Of a stretch of 64,000 bases of DNA, positions 37,868-48,460 are shown one piece after another. Within the stretch, counting starts at the first letter, position 1. Each line of letters opens with the position of its first letter. Made by a program: the position numbers and the translations under genes. The notes below the pieces were generated by a model. The model worked only from the letters and a program-made list of their open reading frames with translations. It was not told the origin of the DNA and ran no database searches. This DNA comes from a virus, in the IMG/VR virus record IMGVR_UViG_3300026521_000161, positions 32,001-96,000 of that record. One strand, given 5' to 3'.

Positions 37868-38532
37868 AAGTTTATTTTTAAATGCATACCGTTAAAGTAT
37901 GATTTTAATGTTTTTGTAGATGTGACTCCTGTAGAATATTCTTCCACAAATTCATTACTAACATTACCATATTTTAATAAAGCCTGTTTCATAGCACGCA
38001 TACTACCCTCATCGCCACCTCTATATTTTATGAACTCCTTAACACTTTCATCCATTCCCATAGATACTAATAACTGTAACTCTGGATAAGATATAGACGA
38101 TGATTTAGAAGGACCACTAACTTGCCCAGTTAATATATCTCTAACTTTATCACTTTCACTAACACTTAAACCTTTAGCTATAGTTTGTTTCATTCTACGC
38201 ATTGGCGCTAAATGAACCATAACAGGATATTTAGTTTTACGTCTAGGGTCATTGTCAGTCGGTCCTATCAATAGTTTAGGGAAGAAGTTATGACCTAAAT
38301 CTTCACCAACTTTCATATTGTTCTTGACACTAACCTTAGTATCTTCTATACCATGTCTTATGATAACAGGTAAGATAAATTCGCCATCTCTTAACTTAGA
38401 CATAAACTCATCAAATTCCTTATTATTCATCTTCTTGAACATATCTTTATATAACTCTACGTTATGATCAGTTACAGTTAACTTCTTTATATTCTTTAGT
38501 ATAAATTCTTCTACTTCTTTTCTTTTACTCAT
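37864..38532 (-). CDS. Virion RNA polymerase small subunit, beta C-terminal fragment (phiKZ gp176-like)
   Basis: 'RRMKQ...K', 'DILTGQVSGPSKSSSISYPELQLLVSMG' and 'EFIKYRGGD' resemble the RpoB C-terminal region. Confidence 0.75.
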   Translation of the reverse strand: MSKRKEVEEFILKNIKKLTVTDHNVELYKDMFKKMNNKEFDEFMSKLRDGEFILPVIIRHGIEDTKVSVKNNMKVGEDLGHNFFPKLLIGPTDNDPRRKTKYPVMVHLAPMRRMKQTIAKGLSVSESDKVRDILTGQVSGPSKSSSISYPELQLLVSMGMDESVKEFIKYRGGDEGSMRAMKQALLKYGNVSNEFVEEYSTGVTSTKTLKSYFNGMHLKINL

Positions 38533-38557
38533 GAAAAAATCCTTTACCTATATACCG

Positions 38558-39283
38558 TTAGATTAACGGTATATAGATTTTATCAACATCTTGCGACCCA
38601 ACATACATAACACTATAAAAACCATTACTAGTTTGTAGTAGTGTATGGAACGGTAACTCTTTTGGATCCCATGCAGTAAATGCACTTGTATCTAAAACTA
38701 ATAAAGGTAATAAGCTTTCCTCATTATACAGACTGCCTCCATCTATATCGAGTTTGTGTCTATTCGGTATACTACGTACCTTAACGCCCTTAAGCTCGAT
38801 AGTTTTGATAGTTACTGTGTCTCCGAAATCTGTATCAGGTGTAGCTAAGTTAAATAACCTACGGTTAGGACCCATACTTAATACTTCTTGATTAGAAACA
38901 TTGTCATATACAGCTGGAAATAGACTAACCTTGCTATTAACACTTAAACCCTTAAGATAGTCAGATGTTACAGTTTGTGAGACAGGCATCGTTGTCACAT
39001 ATCCTGTTGTATCTGGTACAAAATATAATGAATATAGACCAGCTACTTTAGACTCAAGATTGACTAACTTTTTAAGCTCTATATCACCATTATATAATCC
39101 ATGATTCATATCTAAATTATCAACTGTTTCCGTTAGGATAGTTTTATTATCTATAAAACTATCAGGAAACGTTAGGAATGGTAATGTATCTAAGCTTTTA
39201 AAAACTATATCTAAATCACTATCATCTTTAACTAGATTACCATCACTATCTAATGCTCCTACTTTTACTTTATTTAAACTCAT
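38558..39283 (-). CDS. Hypothetical protein
   Basis: 241-aa ORF in an operon. Confidence 0.55.
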   Translation of the reverse strand: MSLNKVKVGALDSDGNLVKDDSDLDIVFKSLDTLPFLTFPDSFIDNKTILTETVDNLDMNHGLYNGDIELKKLVNLESKVAGLYSLYFVPDTTGYVTTMPVSQTVTSDYLKGLSVNSKVSLFPAVYDNVSNQEVLSMGPNRRLFNLATPDTDFGDTVTIKTIELKGVKVRSIPNRHKLDIDGGSLYNEESLLPLLVLDTSAFTAWDPKELPFHTLLQTSNGFYSVMYVGSQDVDKIYIPLI

Positions 39284-39292
39284 GATGTTTCC

Positions 39293-39664
39293 TTATATTA
39301 AATCATTTTTAATAAGTGTCGGTATAATATGTTTAGACACGACTCTCTTCCATTGTTTTAGCTCAGACGTATATGATAACAGAACGACCATAGGCGTTAA
39401 GTTAATGTCATTGCTAGAACACAGTTTCAAAACATGTGTTAGCAATGCTCTGTTTAAAGTAACCCTTTGTACATAATCATTTTTAAAAAGGATGTTCTTA
39501 TCATATTGACCAACGCTTTTATAAAGCCTATCTCTTATATCTTTTTTTTCTATTTTACTAAGAACATCATTTATAACTGTTCCTTGTTTAACATTTTTAC
39601 TTAATAGTTCCTCAGCGTTCTTTCTTAGATTCTCTTGTAACTCTATAAAGTTAGTTGTCTCCAT
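39293..39664 (-). CDS. Hypothetical protein
   Basis: 123-aa ORF overlapping the end of the recombinase gene. Confidence 0.55.
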   Translation of the reverse strand: METTNFIELQENLRKNAEELLSKNVKQGTVINDVLSKIEKKDIRDRLYKSVGQYDKNILFKNDYVQRVTLNRALLTHVLKLCSSNDINLTPMVVLLSYTSELKQWKRVVSKHIIPTLIKNDLI

Positions 39665-41072
39665 CTTTAACCTCCAATTTTTTATTATACCAATATGGTT
39701 TCTTTTTCTTACTTCTTATAAGTAATAAATCTAATGTAGATAGGAATGGTTTTAAGTTTGGGTCATATTGTTTAATAGCCCACCAACCTCTTGTATCTAA
39801 TAATGTATCCCAATCATAACCTAATGCTTTAATATCATCATAGAGCTCTTTAGGCGTACAATAGAGATGTTTATACTGTGGCATATACATTTTCATCTGT
39901 AATAACTCAGATGTAATATTAACAGCTCTTCTTAATTTCTCATCCTCATCTAGTTTACCTCTAACTGTAGTCCTACTTAACTTAACGCCAGGATATAGTG
40001 ATAATTCATAAAATCTAACATTACCCTCTAAGCCGAACTTATTATTTTTAATAAATAGGAATTCAGTTAACGCTGGTAGAACTCCTTCTCTCTGACTGAT
40101 AACTAAATCAACTACTATACCACTAGGACCAGATTTTGATCTTAATACCTGGAAATGAACAGTATTTAAATCTGTATTAACATCACCATTTTGTATAGGA
40201 AATTCGGGTTCCTTAGTTCCTTGGTTTATAAGTGGCCTACTACCATACGTGCTCCATAAATGTGTCGCTAAGAAGTTTATCTTATCACTAACTCCTTTTA
40301 TTTTATCACCTTGTTTAAGATATGATAATGCTTTTTTGGGCTGTGGTGCGAATGGTCCTGTAGCCATATTGATCTCTTTACCTATGTGTGCTGTGAACAA
40401 GAAATTAACATTAGCGTTGGTACTCACACGAGGTAAATCTTTCATAACTTTAGTCTTAAGTAAACCTTGCTGCATGAAAACAGTATTTGTATTGTTAATG
40501 TCTTTTTCTACAGACTCTATAGTAGACGCACCTTCAGCTTCTGATAAACTATCTATCTCTATAGAGCTAGGTATAGGAAGTTCTAATTCCTTACCCGTTA
40601 TCATATTCTTAAACCCTTCATATTTTACATATTCAGATTTATTTTCCTGTTTCTTCTTAGCATTTTCCTGTACAAGTTTAAACCAATCGTCCAGATATAA
40701 TTCTGATTTACTAATAATACTCCATACATCAGGATTATATAAAGGATTGTCTTCTATATTTTCAAAACGTTCTGCTAGCTTATTAAACCTTTCCAAATTT
40801 AAAGCCATGTTATCTTCTGTGTCGTAGGTATGCATAGGTATAGTTAACCCGCCAGCACTTAATCTATTAGTAGCCTGTAACATTAAATAATGTATAATGG
40901 TAGATTTAAAGTTATTCCCCATGCCAACAACACCAACAACACCGCTGAGACCGCCATTAAGTATCTTCTCACCACGCATACCCGTAACAAAATTACCTGT
41001 AGGTATATCCATAAGTGCTCCAACATTTATTAATGGTCTTAAGAACATTGGGTTATTTGATTTTATATTCAT
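39651..41072 (-). CDS. uvsX: UvsX/RecA-like recombinase (phiKZ gp152-like)
   Basis: 'NVGALMDIPTG', Walker A variant 'GMGNNFKST', 'YDTE', Walker B 'IEIDSLS' and 'LRSKSGPSG'. Confidence 0.8.
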   Translation of the reverse strand: MNIKSNNPMFLRPLINVGALMDIPTGNFVTGMRGEKILNGGLSGVVGVVGMGNNFKSTIIHYLMLQATNRLSAGGLTIPMHTYDTEDNMALNLERFNKLAERFENIEDNPLYNPDVWSIISKSELYLDDWFKLVQENAKKKQENKSEYVKYEGFKNMITGKELELPIPSSIEIDSLSEAEGASTIESVEKDINNTNTVFMQQGLLKTKVMKDLPRVSTNANVNFLFTAHIGKEINMATGPFAPQPKKALSYLKQGDKIKGVSDKINFLATHLWSTYGSRPLINQGTKEPEFPIQNGDVNTDLNTVHFQVLRSKSGPSGIVVDLVISQREGVLPALTEFLFIKNNKFGLEGNVRFYELSLYPGVKLSRTTVRGKLDEDEKLRRAVNITSELLQMKMYMPQYKHLYCTPKELYDDIKALGYDWDTLLDTRGWWAIKQYDPNLKPFLSTLDLLLIRSKKKKPYWYNKKLEVKDGDN

Positions 41073-41172
41073 GTTTATTCCTTAGTTTTTACTCTTCATA
41101 CCTTACCTACTATATAAAAAGATACAGCCTTACGGCGTTATCATTTGAAAAAAATTTATTAAGGAGATCGTT

Positions 41173-42996
41173 ATGATTTATAATATCCCGAAGTGGCCAG
41201 AAGATAGTGAAGTTAACCACACGAAGACTACATGGGTTTTGGCTAGAGATGAGAAGTTTGAGAACATTGAAGAAGAGTTAGATGAGAGTGAAGAGGCGCT
41301 GTTAACATGGGAAGTTGACAAACTTATACCTACTGGTGAAATATGGTATATTAAAGCATTACGTAAATTAGAAGATGAAGATGGTAATGATTTAAACAAT
41401 ACTAACTGGATAGGCCCTAAACCAGTTTTTAACGAAGAGTCGAATGTTAATGAATATTTAGCTCCAAAGTTCTATATAGATACTCCGTATGTGGCTGATG
41501 TTGTATATAAAGATAATGAGGAACTTAGTTTCACGCTAACTCCAGTTAAAACAAATGTTGGCTATGTTAGTACTATATTAACTATAGAGAATAGTTTAGG
41601 AGAAACTCTTTTAACAAAGTATGTAGATCTCAGAGAGACAAACAACATTATAGCTGTCACGAATGATGATATTGATTTATCTGAATTAGACGATATCAGA
41701 ATAACGATAATCCATACAGGAACACAATCTACCATATCAGCTCCTGTTACTGAAGTGTTGAATTTAAAAAATGCGTACTTTAAAGTTGTTGGTAATACAA
41801 AAGATTTAGACCCAACATATGTTAATACACTACGCTTGGTTTCTACTACATATATAGGTGTTACTGCTAAGGCCGCTAAGATCATAAATAGATCGGGATC
41901 TATTATTTCATACTGCGAAATAAAAGATAATGTTATTTTTATAGATAATTCTTTAGACTTTGATAAAGAATATATCTTAGATCTAGATGTAGAATATACT
42001 AAGTCTTCTGGTGAAAAAGAAATTTCTAAGAAATTAATTATATTAACTACAAGAGATACTGACGAGATTGTCGCATATAATCCTAATAGAACATATGAAG
42101 AGACATTTGAAAAAGTTTCTAATACTATCTATAACGAGGAGACATATAGTTTCGATCTAAATCGATCGTTTAATACAGAAGAGATGTTTACATATTCAAC
42201 ACCTATCCCTGACATTAACACAGGTAAAGTCAGCCTTTATGGTTTAGATAAAAAGAATATCCTAATTAGTAAACATATAGAAAATGTTTTAGAAAATGAC
42301 AGCGAGTTCACATTCAAACTTTTAACAAAAACTAAAGGTTTAGTACAAACTAAGAATGATGATGGGTATCTTGTTTTAACTCCTTTTACATTCGACCCGT
42401 ATACTGATAAGTTTACGATGGGTGATGAAATGGTTACTGAACTTTTATCAGACTCAGCTACTATGAACAAAGTAGCTCAAATATCATCCGGTATATATGT
42501 TATTGGTATTAATAAAGATGATGATAAACTATTAGATGTTTTTAAATATGATATTAACGATAGTTCGTTAACTAAACAAACGTCAAGTACTTTAACAGAA
42601 AGTTGTACTGATGTAACAATAGCTGGTTTAGGTACAAATAGGGTTTTAGTATTACAAAAAGGCGATGGCGCCTATAGAACTATGTTATATAGTGCTTTAG
42701 AAAATTATTGCAATATTTCTGTTGTTCTCCCTACAGAATTTAGAAATAAAAATCTATTAGTATCACCGTTAGTAAATGGTAATGCTGTTATATTTAAGAA
42801 CGATGTTTCTGCTGACGGCTTTAACTGTTTTGTGTATGATGATAAAGCAGAAGTTACTAGAACTATAAAAGTTGACACTGGTTCTGATGATAAAACTGTT
42901 ACGAATATCGTGACTCTTAAGAACGGTGATGTTCTTTCTATAGTTAAAAATGAAGAGACCGAAGAGACACAAGCTGAGTTTTGGATGTTTAAATAA
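41173..42996 (+). CDS. Virion structural protein (beta-rich; Ig/FN3-like N-terminus, propeller-like C-terminus)
   Basis: 607 aa, beta-rich, directly upstream of the sheath gene. Confidence 0.5.
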   Translation: MIYNIPKWPEDSEVNHTKTTWVLARDEKFENIEEELDESEEALLTWEVDKLIPTGEIWYIKALRKLEDEDGNDLNNTNWIGPKPVFNEESNVNEYLAPKFYIDTPYVADVVYKDNEELSFTLTPVKTNVGYVSTILTIENSLGETLLTKYVDLRETNNIIAVTNDDIDLSELDDIRITIIHTGTQSTISAPVTEVLNLKNAYFKVVGNTKDLDPTYVNTLRLVSTTYIGVTAKAAKIINRSGSIISYCEIKDNVIFIDNSLDFDKEYILDLDVEYTKSSGEKEISKKLIILTTRDTDEIVAYNPNRTYEETFEKVSNTIYNEETYSFDLNRSFNTEEMFTYSTPIPDINTGKVSLYGLDKKNILISKHIENVLENDSEFTFKLLTKTKGLVQTKNDDGYLVLTPFTFDPYTDKFTMGDEMVTELLSDSATMNKVAQISSGIYVIGINKDDDKLLDVFKYDINDSSLTKQTSSTLTESCTDVTIAGLGTNRVLVLQKGDGAYRTMLYSALENYCNISVVLPTEFRNKNLLVSPLVNGNAVIFKNDVSADGFNCFVYDDKAEVTRTIKVDTGSDDKTVTNIVTLKNGDVLSIVKNEETEETQAEFWMFK

Positions 42997-43006
42997 TTTT
43001 TTATAA

Positions 43007-43038
43007 TATAACCCATAGATTAATTTCTATGGGTTATA
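43007..43038 (+). terminator. Intrinsic terminator
   Basis: 13-bp stem followed by GTTATTTTTT. Confidence 0.65.
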
Positions 43039-43101
43039 GTTATTTTTTCCGTATTGTATGATGATTTTTAATTGTCCACTTAAACTATTAAAGGATGTAA
43101 T

Positions 43102-45231
43102 ATGAACGCAAATATTGTTAACGCTACTCCGCAGATTATCCAGTTAGGTGCTAAAGACATGTCTATGAAACCGACTCCTCCTAAGGAGATCGTGATTCCT
43201 ACACATTTACCACTTATTTTTGGATTCGCTTCTGCAGGGCCAGCTACAAAAGAGCTCGTTGATGGAGCTAGACTAATTGGTCTCTATGGTGAAGAGACTT
43301 TCGATAGAAGTAAACCTTACTTTAATCATGGTGCTAGAATGGCTGAACTTATGTCAGCGGCAGGAAATGCTATGATGTTTACTAGAATCATTCCTAGTGA
43401 TAATGATACTATCGCTAACTTTACATTATATTTAGATGTACTAAATGATGATGTAGATGTTCTTAAAAGAAATGATGATGGTTCTATCTACTACGATGAA
43501 AATGGTGACCCAGAAGTTGTAGAGACTGTTAAAGGTTATAAACTTAAAGTTATCGCTGAATTCAACGATGATGATGATGAAGATACACCTTTTGGCATCA
43601 AAAAATCAAAAACAGGTTATATGAAAGATGGTGATGATAACTCATCTACTATGTATCCTATCTATGAGCAACGTGCTGCTTATAAAGGTAGTCCATATAA
43701 TAACGTAGGTATCGCGATCGGCCTTCCTACTAACGATGACTTACAACAAGCGTATAAAGAAGGTAACCTTTCATTACCATATGAGTTCTCTTTATATAAA
43801 CGTGCTGATGAAGATAGTACAGGTGTTAAAGTAGCATCACTTGCTGGTAACAAATCACAACAGTTTATCTTAGCTAGAGAAGCTAAAGATCCTGTTACAA
43901 ATATGAGAGTTGACTTAGAGTCAGTTATGGGTAATTGGTATAACTTAACTAGTCCATTACGTGATCTAGTTTATCCTAAAGTTAGTGCTCCGTACATTTA
44001 TGAAGATAACCTTAACCTTATTGCTGATAAAGTTATGGAAGTTGAAGCAAGTTATGTTAACGCTGATGTAGAAACTAAATCAGGCGCTACAGTAAATACT
44101 TCTGCATGGATGGATTATATTCCTGGTGTTGCTGCTAGTAAACAAGCTAAGATCTCTAACTTATTTACAGCTATGTCTACTAAGCGTACTCCTAACTTCA
44201 CATTCATCATTGATGAAGATGCTGATGTTACAGAAGATAACCAAGAACAAGTGTTCTTATCTAGTACTAACCCTATTTACTTCAAAAACGGTAAAGACGG
44301 TACTCTATCTGAAGAAGAGTTCGAAGCAGGTGTTGCTAGATGGATGGATAAATATGTAGATAATAATTCAGAAGTTATCGATACAGCTATCAACCTTGAG
44401 AGTGCGTTATGGGATTCTGGTTTTACTTTACCTACAAAAGAAAAACTTGTTAATTTTATTTCACTTCGTAAGGATACTTTCTTAGGTCTTTCTACTAGAG
44501 TAGATAACCTTGGTGACAAATATGAAGATCTTATCACACAGCGTGCTATCGGTCTTAACTTAAAAGCTAGATTAGGTTTAGCGCCTGAGTCTACTTTCTT
44601 CGGTACTCCTGTTACAAGAGGTATTGTTGTTGTTGGTTCTGGTAAAGATAGTTTAGATCCGTCTAACAGACGTTATGGATTACTACATGATATCGCATAT
44701 AAAACAGCGAGAATGATGGGCGGTAAGGAATGGAAGAAATCTCTTTTATTCGATAGAGGTGAAAGAAACACTATCGTTAACTATAGTGATATTGAACCAG
44801 CTTCAGTTCCAAATGGTATCAAAGCTGACTTATGGAATATTGGTCTTAACTGGCCTATGCCTATGGATAGAACAACTTACTATTTCCCAGCTATGCAATC
44901 TGTTTATGATAACGATTCATCGTCTATGAACAACATCTTTATGGCTTTAGCATTAACTACAACTGTTAAAGTTGCTGATGCTGCAGGTAGAAAATTTTCA
45001 GGTAACATCGAGTTATCTCCTAGCCAATTAACAGAGGCAGTTGAGAACTATATGAATGGTGAACTTAAAGGTAAATTTGCTGGCGTTATCACTGCTGTTG
45101 CTAAAGCAAGCATCACAGATTATGATGCGGCTAGAGGTTACTCATTCTCAGTAGTAACTAAACTTGGTGGTGATATCATGACTACAGTTATGTCTCACTA
45201 CACTGAGATCTGGAACAAAGCAGATATGTAA
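43102..45231 (+). CDS. Contractile tail sheath protein (phiKZ gp29-like)
   Basis: 'IVNATP....GAKD.S', 'PTHLPL', 'YGEETFD...PYFNH', 'WDSGF.L.TK' and 'PES.FFGTP..RG' motifs; highly-expressed codon usage. Confidence 0.88.
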   Translation: MNANIVNATPQIIQLGAKDMSMKPTPPKEIVIPTHLPLIFGFASAGPATKELVDGARLIGLYGEETFDRSKPYFNHGARMAELMSAAGNAMMFTRIIPSDNDTIANFTLYLDVLNDDVDVLKRNDDGSIYYDENGDPEVVETVKGYKLKVIAEFNDDDDEDTPFGIKKSKTGYMKDGDDNSSTMYPIYEQRAAYKGSPYNNVGIAIGLPTNDDLQQAYKEGNLSLPYEFSLYKRADEDSTGVKVASLAGNKSQQFILAREAKDPVTNMRVDLESVMGNWYNLTSPLRDLVYPKVSAPYIYEDNLNLIADKVMEVEASYVNADVETKSGATVNTSAWMDYIPGVAASKQAKISNLFTAMSTKRTPNFTFIIDEDADVTEDNQEQVFLSSTNPIYFKNGKDGTLSEEEFEAGVARWMDKYVDNNSEVIDTAINLESALWDSGFTLPTKEKLVNFISLRKDTFLGLSTRVDNLGDKYEDLITQRAIGLNLKARLGLAPESTFFGTPVTRGIVVVGSGKDSLDPSNRRYGLLHDIAYKTARMMGGKEWKKSLLFDRGERNTIVNYSDIEPASVPNGIKADLWNIGLNWPMPMDRTTYYFPAMQSVYDNDSSSMNNIFMALALTTTVKVADAAGRKFSGNIELSPSQLTEAVENYMNGELKGKFAGVITAVAKASITDYDAARGYSFSVVTKLGGDIMTTVMSHYTEIWNKADM

Positions 45232-45272
45232 TCTGCGTTCCAACAATATAAAAATAAAACAAGGAGTCTAGA

Positions 45273-46256
45273 ATGGCTGATACAGTAAATGGAATGAGTG
45301 ATATTGGTACTAATACACGTCTATTGAACTTTGATGGGTCAAGAGTTTCTAATGTTGAAGGCGAGAGCTTTTACGCTGAAGACTTAGCGACTATGGACCT
45401 AAGATACGGTGGTCAATGGGGTGCGTTACCAAGAATCGGTGGGGTAGACTCAGATAAGCCTATCCATGAGTGGATGCATGAACAATCTTACTTACGTAGA
45501 GATGTAGTTCCTGTGTTATTACAAGCACCAAAAGGTTTTTCATTATTACCTAATGGCGATGAATGGCAAGAAGCTATTAAAGCCCTATTTGAAGTACATG
45601 CTAAAACTATTGAAGGTCTTAACTCTTCTTTAACAGTTGAGCACGCTGAGCACGCTATGGGTATCTCTGGTGCTAACATGAGAGAGGTAGCTAATGTTAA
45701 CAGAGAAGCTTCATCTGTAACACTTGGTGGTATCGTTGAAAAATATGGTAATCCATTTGAAATCTTATTAGATGTATGGATCAGATATATGTTAATGGAT
45801 CCTGATAGTAAAGCACCTCTTATTACTAGAGTAGCTTCTGCTGATACATTACCAAAAGCATGGACTGCTGAATGGTATTCTGCTACAGTTATCTTTATCG
45901 AACCAGATCCTCTATATAGAATGCCTGTTAGAGCATGGTTAGTTAGTAACTTATACCCAAGTGCTAATCCTGATATTATTGGTGGTAAAGATAAATCTGC
46001 TGGTAGAGCTATCAAAGAGATCTCTATCGATATGGGAGGTTTTGCATTACCACATACTAACAAACGTGTTAAAGCGTTAGCTAGTAAAATCATTACTAAC
46101 CTTAAACTTTGGGAAAAAGATCCTGAAGATATCTTACTACCTGCTGATAGTGTAGACACTAATCTTGAAAATGTACAAGATATGGATATCTATTACGATG
46201 GCGTAAAAGGCGGTTCGAGTAAAGCTGATGGATCAGATGGTTCAGCTACTGCATAA
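45273..46256 (+). CDS. Tail tube protein (phiKZ gp30-like)
   Basis: Follows the sheath gene; 'DLRYGGQWG', 'LLQAP.GF', 'I.GLNS.LTV', 'EKYG' and 'FIEPDP' motifs. Confidence 0.85.
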   Translation: MADTVNGMSDIGTNTRLLNFDGSRVSNVEGESFYAEDLATMDLRYGGQWGALPRIGGVDSDKPIHEWMHEQSYLRRDVVPVLLQAPKGFSLLPNGDEWQEAIKALFEVHAKTIEGLNSSLTVEHAEHAMGISGANMREVANVNREASSVTLGGIVEKYGNPFEILLDVWIRYMLMDPDSKAPLITRVASADTLPKAWTAEWYSATVIFIEPDPLYRMPVRAWLVSNLYPSANPDIIGGKDKSAGRAIKEISIDMGGFALPHTNKRVKALASKIITNLKLWEKDPEDILLPADSVDTNLENVQDMDIYYDGVKGGSSKADGSDGSATA

Positions 46257-46270
46257 AAAAATAAAAAAAA

Positions 46271-46302
46271 ATATACAGATACGGATATCCGTATCTGTAT
46301 AT
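46271..46302. terminator. Palindromic terminator between the tail tube gene and a convergent gene
   Basis: Perfect 32-nt palindrome ATATACAGATACGGATATCCGTATCTGTATAT. Confidence 0.7.
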
Positions 46303-46314
46303 GCAGCTTTAATG

Positions 46315-46764
46315 CTAAACGTCTAACAGTGCGTCTGTTAGTTTTTTCTCTAGAGCTTTACGTCTAGATTTTGGATAGTTGAACTCTTTCGAATTCACGA
46401 ATGTTTTTACAACTGATTTTGTAAGTGTTTCACCAGGTTTACCAGGCATAGGCATAGTTTTGCTACGTAGTGCGTGTGTTGTGATGTTCGTAGATTTATT
46501 TGTTCCGAATGGTACAACAACTTCAGCTTCTTTAAGATCTGCATCACCTTTGAACTCTTCTAGTGCTTTATCGCCAGATACTTCGATAGCTGCATGTAAG
46601 AACTGCTCTTTAAATTTACTAACTTTTTCTAGAGTAGCTTTTTCGATACCAGCTTTTTCTGCTTCTGCTACGAAGTAGTTCTCATCTTTAACTGTGATAG
46701 TTGCGATACCGTTTTCTTTACTTACTTCAAACTCTGGACTTAATGTTAATTCTTGTGCTGCCAT
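46315..46764 (-). CDS. Highly expressed hypothetical (probably early) protein
   Basis: 149 aa, AAGGAG RBS, early-type promoter motif, biased codons. Confidence 0.7.
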   Translation of the reverse strand: MAAQELTLSPEFEVSKENGIATITVKDENYFVAEAEKAGIEKATLEKVSKFKEQFLHAAIEVSGDKALEEFKGDADLKEAEVVVPFGTNKSTNITTHALRSKTMPMPGKPGETLTKSVVKTFVNSKEFNYPKSRRKALEKKLTDALLDV

Positions 46765-46788
46765 TGCAGACTCCTTTTAAAATGTTTT

Positions 46789-46817
46789 TTAGTACTTGGT
46801 ACTATCTTAATATTATA
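46789..46817 (-). promoter_or_regulatory. Early-type promoter plus 5' hairpin
   Basis: Minus strand TATAATATTAAGATAGTACCAAGTACTAA. Confidence 0.55.
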
Positions 46818-46870
46818 GTAGTAAAAAGTTTTTGATTTAAAATAATACTACTATGTTCAATACTTGTGTC

Positions 46871-47182
46871 TTATGAGAAAAATAGATTTGTTTTCAATAT
46901 CTTAAAAAACTTTTCTCTTCTCTTATAATCGCAGTACACGTCCTGCTTGTTCTTCTTTAAAGGTTTACTTATATTAAGAATAACCTTCTCTAAATACGAT
47001 ACAGCATCTTCATCTACTTTTAAACAAGGTTTAGGCACTTCATCTTTAAACTTACTTAAGAAACTATACAGAGTATTATATTGTTTCTCTCTATTAACAA
47101 GTATCTTTAACTCATTAGCCTTTATTATAACAACATTTGCTTTAGTATTAACTATTATACTAAACCCTTTAACTTTATTCAT
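46871..47182 (-). CDS. Basic hypothetical protein
   Basis: 103 aa, AAGGAGG RBS. Confidence 0.55.
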   Translation of the reverse strand: MNKVKGFSIIVNTKANVVIIKANELKILVNREKQYNTLYSFLSKFKDEVPKPCLKVDEDAVSYLEKVILNISKPLKKNKQDVYCDYKRREKFFKILKTNLFFS

Positions 47183-47272
47183 TTACTTTATCCTCCTTAC
47201 TAAATTAATATTATATATGTATAAAAACCTCGACATAACGTGAATTCATTGAAATAACTATAAAGGATTATC

Positions 47273-48430
47273 ATGGCTTTAACACTTGGATCGTTAACAT
47301 CCACAACATTAACAAAGCTAGATACAGAAGTTAAAACTTTTGACATAGAAGGAAAGGTAAAAGATAAAGCTAAAGATAAGGTAATAGAAGAAAAAAATAA
47401 ACTAATAGATAAACTAAAAAAACCAGATAAGAAGAATGTTAAGAAAAGTAAAGTACCGGAAGCATGTTTAAAAAGTAAAACTACAGGAGCAGGTGCTAAA
47501 AAGAATAAGATGGTTAAGAAAAAGAAAGAACCAACTTGTTCTCCTATTATTACAAAGGAAAAAGTTAAAGAAGTACTTAAGGATAAAAAAGAGATAAAAA
47601 AAGAAAAGCTTGATGATATAAGTGAAAAGACGGCTAATAAATTAAATAGTAACAAAGTATCGGCTAAAAATAAATCTGTTATAGCTAATAAAGATAAAAA
47701 AGATTGTGAGAAAGATAAAGATGGTTTTAGTGGTTTCGATTTCCCTAGCCTACCAAATTTCACACCACCTGATATAGCGTTCCCTGATATCAATACGCCT
47801 GACTGGGATCTATCTATGCCTGACTTTGATTTTGGTAATGGGAGTAGTAGTGATTTTAATTTACCGTCATTTGGTATGGGTAGTCTATTAAGTAGTGCTG
47901 AGAACGGGCTAAGTTCATTAACTAGGTTCAATATGAACATGGACTGGGGTTTTGGTTCTGGTACTTCAGACGATACGGCCTGTGATGACTCATTCACAGC
48001 AACATTAGGAACAATGAATTTAGCTAATGCTATGCCTGATTTTAATGTTGGTAAAGGTTTAATGGATGGTCTTAAAATGTCAGGTAAATTTGATTTAGGA
48101 GTAGCGTCTAAACTGAGTGGCGTTATGCCTGATATAGGTGATAAATTAGGTGGCGTAGGTGATGTTATAGGTGATGCTGTTCGCGATATACCGACAGATA
48201 AATTAAATTTAAGTAACGTAGGTTCTAATTTAAGATCTGGCGCTATTCTAGATGAAGTTAAAAAAGCAAAATCTATAGATGATATAACTAAAAATAAAAA
48301 GATAATGGATGCGGTTAAAAAAGATACTATGATAGGTACAGATATAAATAAAGAAACAGACATGTTTACATCACAAAAAATAAAAGCATTATCAGGAGTA
48401 GCTGGTGATAAATTAAAATTAGTAGCATAA
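47273..48430 (+). CDS. Low-complexity protein (Lys-rich N-half, Pro/Asp/Phe repeats, Gly-rich C-half)
   Basis: AAGGA RBS and TTGAA motif upstream; a palindromic terminator overlaps the stop. Confidence 0.65.
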   Translation: MALTLGSLTSTTLTKLDTEVKTFDIEGKVKDKAKDKVIEEKNKLIDKLKKPDKKNVKKSKVPEACLKSKTTGAGAKKNKMVKKKKEPTCSPIITKEKVKEVLKDKKEIKKEKLDDISEKTANKLNSNKVSAKNKSVIANKDKKDCEKDKDGFSGFDFPSLPNFTPPDIAFPDINTPDWDLSMPDFDFGNGSSSDFNLPSFGMGSLLSSAENGLSSLTRFNMNMDWGFGSGTSDDTACDDSFTATLGTMNLANAMPDFNVGKGLMDGLKMSGKFDLGVASKLSGVMPDIGDKLGGVGDVIGDAVRDIPTDKLNLSNVGSNLRSGAILDEVKKAKSIDDITKNKKIMDAVKKDTMIGTDINKETDMFTSQKIKALSGVAGDKLKLVA

Positions 48431-48456
48431 CTACAAGGCACATGCCTTGTAGTTAT
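48427..48456. terminator. Hairpin between convergent genes
   Basis: ATAACTACAAGGCA-CA-TGCCTTGTAGTTAT. Confidence 0.65.
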
Positions 48457-48460
48457 CTCA

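Noticed and set aside
38558-39283. Prohead protease (expected next to the gp176-like RNAP subunit)
   Set aside because: I could not recognise the catalytic His/Ser motifs, so it is left as hypothetical.
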